From the NCBI GenBank assembly GCA_027482725.1, contig JAIXVT010000030.1:1-24114 (forward strand): 24,114 bases of DNA. The letters run 5' to 3'. This document shows positions 15,943-22,217 of this stretch, in pieces; the stretch's first letter is position 1, and each line of letters begins with the position of its first letter. A model generated the notes under the pieces. It did not search any database. It saw only the letters and a list, made by a program, of their open reading frames with translations, and was not told where the DNA came from. Both the position numbers and the translations under genes were made by a program. Origin of the DNA: Pseudomonadota bacterium (GTDB lineage: Bacteria; Bdellovibrionota; UBA1018; CAIMNF01).

Positions 15943-16662
15943 TTAAGCGCCTCGAATCCAAAAATATAACGCAAAAACCCCAGACAAAATGGCCAAAGCC
16001 TCAGCAAGTCCCAGGGCAATTTTTTGTTCGACCACTTGAAGGCGTGGCGTGGTTTTGAGTTGGGTCTGCTCTGGAATTTTTGTCTCAGGAAGTCCAATCA
16101 GAACCCTCTCCCAAATATGGCGCGCTTGCTCCATTAGTGAGCGGCAAGTCGGACAATCACCGATGTGGGTTTGAATCGCCTTATGGTGTTGGGTTTTGGG
16201 ATTAGGGTCAAGAAGACCCTGCATCCAGGGCGCCGACGGGTCGTAGGTGGGACATGCTGGCGCGGGACGGAGTGGAGCAGAGGGAAAAGGCAAGCTTGCG
16301 GACATCTCCTCAAAAACAAAGCGAATACGAATACTCCACGCAAGCGATGCGATCATTGCATCAGGTAATCCAATGGTTCGTGCAATGCGATCATAGGGCC
16401 ACTGAAGTTGGTGCAGAGCAACCAACAGGAACCGTTCTTTAACGGATAACCGGAAAAAAGGGTGCGCTACTTTTGATTGAGGATCTACAGGAATGCCGTC
16501 CAATTGCTCAATCAGGAACCGTGCGGCGCGCTCGACCTTTCGATCTTCAGTCAGGTCCAGCCACGCAACCGAAGCTTTGGCTCGATCGGAATAGGTCTCC
16601 GCTGCCCCATTAGGGGGGGCTACGGCATAGGTCAATTGATCAATGAAAGTATAAGTGTTCAC
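15943..16662 (-). CDS. Sigma70 region-4-like HTH fused to a zinc-binding anti-sigma (ZAS/zf-HC2) motif and a C-terminal TM helix
   Basis: aa 69-115 RLSVKERFLLVAL....WPYDRIARTIGLPDAMIASLAWSIRIRF resembles ECF sigma4. C137 plus H166xxxC170xxC173 forms a ZAS motif. The C-terminus (aa 215-235) is hydrophobic. Confidence 0.65.
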   Translation of the reverse strand: MNTYTFIDQLTYAVAPPNGAAETYSDRAKASVAWLDLTEDRKVERAARFLIEQLDGIPVDPQSKVAHPFFRLSVKERFLLVALHQLQWPYDRIARTIGLPDAMIASLAWSIRIRFVFEEMSASLPFPSAPLRPAPACPTYDPSAPWMQGLLDPNPKTQHHKAIQTHIGDCPTCRSLMEQARHIWERVLIGLPETKIPEQTQLKTTPRLQVVEQKIALGLAEALAILSGVFALYFWIRGA

Positions 16663-16716
16663 TCTTTCAGTTTAGCTCAACTTGACAACTAATAGTCCAA
16701 TGCTGAAAACCTAAAC

Positions 16717-17382
16717 ATGCCCTTTTTTAAGAAACGAACCCGTATCCTTTTTATTTTTACCCTCGCGCTGAGTCAAGCTTCTTTGGGGTTTGCTCAAGAG
16801 CTAAACACCGTTCATGTCGAGCGAAAAAAAGGGAGCAAAACGGTGCTTAATCAACATACCTCCGTGGATTTTTGGCGCCAAAAGTCAGCTCAAGAAGCAT
16901 TCCAAGAGGTTTTGAGCGCTATTGATTCCGCAGAACAGGCCGAAATTGATCTTGTGGTGGTCAAGGGGCGGGATGGGAGTCTGGCCCGGTTTCCACGACA
17001 CCTCATCACCAAAGGGCATGTAAAATTTACGACATGTGAGGGCAGAAGCGTTTGTTTAAAGGGGGTAACGAACCGGGCGCGTATTCCGGTAGAGGCGCTG
17101 GAAGTGAAACGAGTTCAGAAAATTGAACTCTTTAACCACAATGAGGTTTTCCCCGAGGCAAAACTGAAGGATCGGACCAACCCGGCCGCTTCACGTGGAG
17201 AAAAACTTTGGGTGCAAAACTGTTTGTCTTGCCATGGACTCAAGGCTCCCGAATTGCAGTTAAAAAATCTTAAACTCGTCGAGTCTGTGTTTAATCAAAC
17301 TCATCGAAAGTTCAGCGGATTTCGACTCGATTCTTGGGATGTTCGGGGCATTGCGGCTTATTTGGATGCGCTCAAACCGTAG
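16717..17382 (+). CDS. Periplasmic monoheme cytochrome c with an N-terminal SUOX/molybdopterin-oxidoreductase-like domain
   Basis: Signal peptide and a single CLSCH heme motif preceded by RGEKLW. The N-domain has V..KGRDG...FP and VKRVQKIEL, resembling small SUOX-fold domains (inference). Confidence 0.7.
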   Translation: MPFFKKRTRILFIFTLALSQASLGFAQELNTVHVERKKGSKTVLNQHTSVDFWRQKSAQEAFQEVLSAIDSAEQAEIDLVVVKGRDGSLARFPRHLITKGHVKFTTCEGRSVCLKGVTNRARIPVEALEVKRVQKIELFNHNEVFPEAKLKDRTNPAASRGEKLWVQNCLSCHGLKAPELQLKNLKLVESVFNQTHRKFSGFRLDSWDVRGIAAYLDALKP

Positions 17383-17402
17383 GTCGTTTAATTTAATACC
17401 TT

Positions 17403-17822
17403 ATGAACGTTTCCGGATTCCTTCCCGCACTCGAACTCGAGTGCGAAGTGGACTTTTTCGCATGGCACTCTTTACCGGATAATCCGGAGGTGCATCAGCA
17501 TCGATTTTTGCTGGCGGTCCGGATAAAGAAAAAACGCCAAGCGGGCCAAGACCGCCTGCTTCATCTCCCCGAATTTAAAAAAATATTAGAGTCGTGGATC
17601 ACCCCGCTTCAGGACCAAGTGCTTAATCAATGCCGAGCGCTGAGTGCATCGATACATGATCGGCCAACGCTGGAAAATCTGATGACTTACTTCTCGGAGT
17701 TGTGCTCGCAAAACGAACCCTTGGGAAGCTGTTGGGTACAAATTAGGCTTGAGCTTTACGAACCCACTGGGTACTTTTGGGGTCGAATTTTACTGAATCG
17801 TGAAAATGGGGGGCACACTTAA
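17403..17822 (+). CDS. 6-pyruvoyl-tetrahydropterin synthase / QueD superfamily (COG0720) protein, atypical active site
   Basis: F.A.H.L, HxH (HQH), LN, PTLENL and a terminal E follow the T-fold QueD layout. The catalytic Cys and the DH His are absent. Confidence 0.7.
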   Translation: MNVSGFLPALELECEVDFFAWHSLPDNPEVHQHRFLLAVRIKKKRQAGQDRLLHLPEFKKILESWITPLQDQVLNQCRALSASIHDRPTLENLMTYFSELCSQNEPLGSCWVQIRLELYEPTGYFWGRILLNRENGGHT

Positions 17823-18597
17823 ATGATGTTGCAGCCACCACTCTTAGAGTTACGCCATATCCAAAAAGTTTATCCCACAGGTGATCAAGGGGTTGCGCTG
17901 GCTCAGACTTTAAAGTTTGATCGGGGTGAAGTGGTTGGAATTATTGGGCCCTCGGGTTGCGGCAAATCAACACTTCTCCGACTGATTGCGGGATTGTTAG
18001 AGCCTACCGATGGCCATGTTCTTTGGTCAGACGAATCGGCTCAAACTCCAAAAATGAGAATGGTGTTTCAGGATGCCGTTTTACTCCCTTGGCTTACGGT
18101 AAAGCAAAACATTCATTATTCTCATTCTCGGGGAGGAATCAGCGTCGAGGATGATTTTAAGTTTTGGATTCATCAATTAGGGTTGTCGCCCGTTTTAGAT
18201 CAATACCCCCACCAGATTTCAGGGGGGCAGAGAATGAGGGCGAGCTTTGCCCGAGCTATCGGAGATCGACCGGATGTTATTTTTTTAGACGAGCCTTTTG
18301 CGGCCTTAGACGAACCCCTTAGGATTGAAATCGGTTTTCAGTTTTTGAATTACTGCAAAGCCCCCCCTCCTTTTGTTTTTTTTTGTCACTCATTCCATCA
18401 CCGAGGCCCTGACCTTGTGTGACCGCATCTTGGTTCTGAACGGAAGACCGGGGTTTCTTTTGCACGACGAGGCTATTCCTTTTGAACGAGGATCCATTGA
18501 GGTGCGCAATCACCCCGATTTTGGGCGATATTTCAAAAAATTCTTTGACTTGCTCTCGGGGGCGGTAGCGACAGAAAGCGGTGTCGTGCGTGAATAA
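17823..18597 (+). pseudogene. SsuB/TauB-type ABC ATPase split by a one-base frameshift in homopolymers (possible sequencing error)
   Basis: Walker A GPSGCGKS, Q-loop MVFQD, signature ISGGQ, Walker B/D-loop FLDEPFAALD are in 17823-18422. The H-loop FVTHSITEA and the C-terminus are in another frame (18373-18597). C7 (18361-18367) and T9 (18376-18384) tracts lie at the junction. Confidence 0.85.
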
Positions 18598-19345
18598 GTT
18601 TCGACACATTATTTCGCCAGTTTTCGGTGCAGTGCTTCTTTTAGGTTTGCTTGAGGCAGGTGTCCAGCTGGGTTGGATTTCATCCTACTTGATTGCCCCG
18701 CCTTCAGCCATGTTGCGTTACGCTGTGCCCGCATGGCGGGATTGGGGAACGGCGCTTTTTGAAACCTGGACCAATGCAACACTAGGACTCGGATTGAGCG
18801 TTGTGTTTGCGCTTGGGGTGAGTGTTTTGTTTTCTTATCTTCCTTGGGTAGAGCGGATGTTTTTGCCTTTGATGGTTTTTTTTCAGACGGTTCCGATTAT
18901 TGCTATTGCTCCGCTATTGGTCATTTGGTTTGGATATGGACCCAAAACAGTGATTGCTTCTGCGTGGATTGTTTCTTTTTTCCCAGTATTGTCCAACGGT
19001 ATTTTTGGATTTGCTCAAGTTGATCCGAGATCTATAGAACTCTTTCGGCTGATGAACGCAACCCCCACCAAGATTTTTTGGGGTTTACGGTTTCCTCGGT
19101 CGATCCCGTATTGGGTTCAGGGAATTCGCTTGGGTTCTGGTCTTGCGGTTATCGGAGCCATCGTGGGGGAGTTTATCGCGGGTGGTGGGCTTGGGGGGTT
19201 TATCGATTCCGCGCGCAATCAACAGCGCATCGATCAAGTTTTTTTTGCGGTTTTTATCGGCACCTTTTTGGGGCTCTTTTATCTGAAGCTGATTGACGTT
19301 GTGGGGCGAACGTGGTTTAAACGCTACTTCTATCCCAGCGTGTAG
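18581..19345 (+). CDS. ABC transporter permease, SsuC/TauC/ThiX type
   Basis: LIAPPS, FQTVPIIAIAPLLVIWFGYG, FFPVL.N, EAA-like loop and AVIGAIVGEFIAGGGLG. Confidence 0.9.
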   Translation: MSCVNKFRHIISPVFGAVLLLGLLEAGVQLGWISSYLIAPPSAMLRYAVPAWRDWGTALFETWTNATLGLGLSVVFALGVSVLFSYLPWVERMFLPLMVFFQTVPIIAIAPLLVIWFGYGPKTVIASAWIVSFFPVLSNGIFGFAQVDPRSIELFRLMNATPTKIFWGLRFPRSIPYWVQGIRLGSGLAVIGAIVGEFIAGGGLGGFIDSARNQQRIDQVFFAVFIGTFLGLFYLKLIDVVGRTWFKRYFYPSV

Positions 19346-19353
19346 GAGAGAAC

Positions 19354-20307
19354 ATGTCATCTGTAAAATCTGTTTTTTTAGCTTTGTCTGTTTTTTGTGT
19401 GGCGGGATCCGTTTTGGCGGAGCCGCTTGTGCGCGCAAAGCTTGCGCTCAATTGGAAGCCCGAGCCCGAGTTTGGAGGATTTTATCAGGCCCTCTGGGAT
19501 GGGACTTACAAAAAAGAAGGGATAGACCTTGAAATCGTGCCCGGAGGTTCAGGACAACCTGTACCTCAAATGATCGAGTCAGGAACCGTTGACTTTGGTA
19601 TCGTCGCTCAGGATGAGGTTTTAGTAAGCCGTGAGCGTGGAGCGAATCTTGTCGCCATTTGGACGGTTTATCAAAACAATCCTCAGGGATTCATGGCGGC
19701 CGAAAAGCACGGCTTTAAAAGCCTAGGGGATTTGTTGAAATCGTCGCTCAAAATCGCGATTCAGAAAGGGATGCCTTACGCTCTCTATTTACAAAAAAAA
19801 TACGCCATTAAAGAATCTCGCTGGATTCCGTATCTCGGTGGAATTTCCCAGATTTCAGGAATCAGTGGGGATACACAAGCACAACAGTGCTTTGTGACCT
19901 CTGAGCCTGAAATTGCACGGGCAAGTGGAATCCGTGTGAACTCATTTTTGATTTCAGAAAGTGGATACAATCCTTATCTGGCGCTTGTTGCCGTGCGTAA
20001 GGATTTTTTGGAAAAAAAGCGTGACCTTGTACAACGGTTCGTTCGTGCGACTCGCAAGGGTTGGCAAGCGTATTTGTCTGACCCTAAAACGGCAAACCAA
20101 GCGATGGCCAAGATCAATACCAGCCTCAGCACCGAGCGGTTCCAAGTGATTGCAAAGAATCAGGAAATTTTTGTGCGGCCTGATCGCAAGGCAAAAATTG
20201 GAGAAATGGCGGCCTCGCGCTGGGACCAGCTTCAGGCGCAACTCCAAGACGTTGGTGTTTTGCGGACGGCCAAGCCGTCGTCCGAGCTTTTTATTAATTT
20301 TGATTAA
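19354..20307 (+). CDS. ABC substrate-binding protein, NMT1/THI5-like (SsuA/ThiY/RibY class)
   Basis: Signal peptide, LNWKPEPEFGGFYQA...G.YKKEGIDLEI.PGG, and LVQRFVRATRKGW. Confidence 0.88.
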   Translation: MSSVKSVFLALSVFCVAGSVLAEPLVRAKLALNWKPEPEFGGFYQALWDGTYKKEGIDLEIVPGGSGQPVPQMIESGTVDFGIVAQDEVLVSRERGANLVAIWTVYQNNPQGFMAAEKHGFKSLGDLLKSSLKIAIQKGMPYALYLQKKYAIKESRWIPYLGGISQISGISGDTQAQQCFVTSEPEIARASGIRVNSFLISESGYNPYLALVAVRKDFLEKKRDLVQRFVRATRKGWQAYLSDPKTANQAMAKINTSLSTERFQVIAKNQEIFVRPDRKAKIGEMAASRWDQLQAQLQDVGVLRTAKPSSELFINFD

Positions 20308-20437
20308 CCCTCATTATTTTTTCTTGATGTTTGACATTATCCTTTAGACACTGATCAACGAAACTTATTGACGAGAGAGGTCGTAGGTTTCGTAAACGGT
20401 AACTGCCAAGGATTTTGGCTCATCAGGGAGAGAGAAC

Positions 20438-21412
20438 ATGAGGTCACACGTCACGTTAGCGCTTGCGCTAGCTGCCTTTATTTTGGGTACTGCCCAGGCC
20501 GGCACCCCACACCACCATTCACACAACGCTAAAGAACGTTGTGAGTTTATGCCCGAAAACGATCTTCGGATTGAAGTCGGTCAGGAATCACTTTACGGCG
20601 GAATTACCGAAGAAGAGTTTAATCGTGTGATTGATCAAGCTGAAAAGGTCTATGCCCCGATCGTCGCTAAAGCCGGGGGGCGGTTGAAATTTAATCGTCT
20701 CTGGAAAGACGCCACGGTAAACGCCAGTGCGACCCAGCAAGGAAAAACATGGATTGTGAATATGTATGGCGGGTTGGCTCGGCATGAGCTGGTCACCTCA
20801 GATGGGTTTTTAGCTGTAGTTTGTCATGAACTCGGACATCACCTCGGAGGGTTTCCTCAGAAACCGGGAATTATGGGTCCGGGTTGGGCCTCTAACGAGG
20901 GACAGGCGGACTATTTTGCAACCGCAAAATGTATGCGACGGATTCTAGCTCCAGAGGACAATATCTCGGTGGTGAAGCGTGTACGCGTTCCCTCAGAGGT
21001 CGCCAACGGCTGTGCTCAACAGTTCAAAAAAGAAAAAGAGATTGCGCTTTGTGTGCGCAACGCAATGGCCGGACTATCGCTTGCGTCAATGTTAGCAACC
21101 CTACGCAATACCAAAACCCCAAGCTTCACGACACCGGATTTAAATCGGGTTTCTACCACATTTCATGATCACCCTCAGGCTCAGTGCCGCTTGGATACGT
21201 ACTTTCAAGGTGCGCTTTGTACCGCAGATCATCGAATTGATTTTGGAAAAAGTGATCCTATCACGGGCGCCTGTTCTGTAGAAGGCGGGCAAACGATTGG
21301 AGTTCGTCCAACCTGTTGGTACAAGCCTCGGGACTCCCGTCGTCGGCCATTGAGGGTGTTTTCGCCGGATGTGTTAGCGAGTTCATCCCCAGACTCTTCT
21401 GTCCACTGGTAG
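20438..21412 (+). CDS. Secreted Cys-rich zinc metalloprotease-like protein (HExxH, M48-like)
   Basis: Signal peptide, NASA...I.MYGGL, VVCHELGHHLGG and the distal EGQADY. Nine Cys residues. Confidence 0.75.
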   Translation: MRSHVTLALALAAFILGTAQAGTPHHHSHNAKERCEFMPENDLRIEVGQESLYGGITEEEFNRVIDQAEKVYAPIVAKAGGRLKFNRLWKDATVNASATQQGKTWIVNMYGGLARHELVTSDGFLAVVCHELGHHLGGFPQKPGIMGPGWASNEGQADYFATAKCMRRILAPEDNISVVKRVRVPSEVANGCAQQFKKEKEIALCVRNAMAGLSLASMLATLRNTKTPSFTTPDLNRVSTTFHDHPQAQCRLDTYFQGALCTADHRIDFGKSDPITGACSVEGGQTIGVRPTCWYKPRDSRRRPLRVFSPDVLASSSPDSSVHW

Positions 21413-21435
21413 TAAACATCAACAAATAGCATTTC

Positions 21436-21471
21436 AACTCAGGAGAGACCTTCTTTCCTGAGTTTTTTTTT
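21436..21471 (+). terminator. Intrinsic terminator after the metalloprotease gene
   Basis: AACTCAGGAGAGA-CCT-TCTTTCCTGAGTT stem followed by and overlapping a T9 run (21463-21471). Confidence 0.85.
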
Positions 21472-21499
21472 GACCGATGCCCCTGTGTTTCGGCATACT
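21470..21499 (+). promoter_or_regulatory. Probable tRNA-Leu promoter TTGACC-N18-CATACT
   Basis: The -35 overlaps the terminator U tract, and the -10 at 21494-21499 lies 23 nt before the tRNA. Confidence 0.5.
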
Positions 21500-21522
21500 A
21501 ACGGTTCATTCACTATTCATGT

Positions 21523-21607
<85 letters not shown>

Positions 21608-21644
21608 ATTTTTTTTTCAAAATAACTCTCCGCATAAATCTCCG

Positions 21645-21673
21645 TTTACAGGCTGAACGCCGCCCCTTAATCT
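21645..21673 (+). promoter_or_regulatory. Sigma70-type promoter TTTACA-N17-TAATCT for the SEC-C/tex genes
   Basis: Near-consensus hexamers with exact 17-nt spacing, 37 nt upstream of the ATG at 21711. Confidence 0.6.
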
Positions 21674-21710
21674 TGTGGTTTATCGACGAACAACTCGGAG
21701 TTAAGGTGAA

Positions 21711-22214
21711 ATGAATTTAGGTCGAAACGATCCTTGTAATTGCGGAAGTGGAAAAAAATTTAAGCGGTGCCACGGCTTGGAGCCGGCGTTTAAGCCGATC
21801 GAACAACCTCGATCCGAAAGCGCTGGGGATCATGGGGCCGACGGAGGTCCTTCTCCTTTTGCAGGTTTTGATCCGTCTAAGGTGGATTTAAATTGGCTTC
21901 AGGCGTTTAGTGGGGCCATGCAACAACTTCCACGTGGGCAGCTTCAACAGCTCCAAGTATTGATGCAAAAAGCAATGTCAGGAAAAGATGTCGCTCGGGA
22001 GATGGAAGAATTGCAACGTAAGCTCCCAAAATCTTTTCAGGATTTGTTGGCTCAAGGAAATGCGCTTGAAAAACAATTTGAAGAAGCGACTACCCCGGCC
22101 GATTCTACAGAATCAGCCCCACTCACGCTTGAGCAACAGGCTCAGCTTGCACAAATACAAAAAAACAACCAAAAGTCGGGAATTTCCCGTCTTTGGGGAA
22201 AAATCTTTAAGTAA
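21711..22214 (+). CDS. SEC-C motif (zinc-binding) domain protein
   Basis: N-terminal GRNDPCNCGSGKKFKRCHG, followed by a Q/M-rich helical region and a terminal amphipathic SRLWGKIFK. Confidence 0.85.
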   Translation: MNLGRNDPCNCGSGKKFKRCHGLEPAFKPIEQPRSESAGDHGADGGPSPFAGFDPSKVDLNWLQAFSGAMQQLPRGQLQQLQVLMQKAMSGKDVAREMEELQRKLPKSFQDLLAQGNALEKQFEEATTPADSTESAPLTLEQQAQLAQIQKNNQKSGISRLWGKIFK

Positions 22215-22217
22215 ATT

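Noticed and set aside
16682-16710. Perfect TTGACA upstream of the cytochrome c gene
   Set aside because: There is no acceptable -10 hexamer at 16-18 nt spacing, so it is not called as a promoter.
19354-20307. THI5-type HMP-P synthase assignment for the NMT1-family protein
   Set aside because: It has a signal peptide, sits in an ABC operon and lacks the CCCxC motif, so it is a binding protein.
20351-20427. Hammerhead ribozyme on the minus strand (CTGATGAG...stem...CGAAAC...GTT)
   Set aside because: Thirteen extra nucleotides separate stem II from GAAA, and no stem I can form, so the core geometry is wrong.
15120-21522. Genomic island between tRNA-Val and tRNA-Leu
   Set aside because: There is no integrase and no duplicated tRNA 3' end (att site). 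The similarity of the two T arms (GCTGGTTC...CCAGTCG) is ordinary tRNA conservation.
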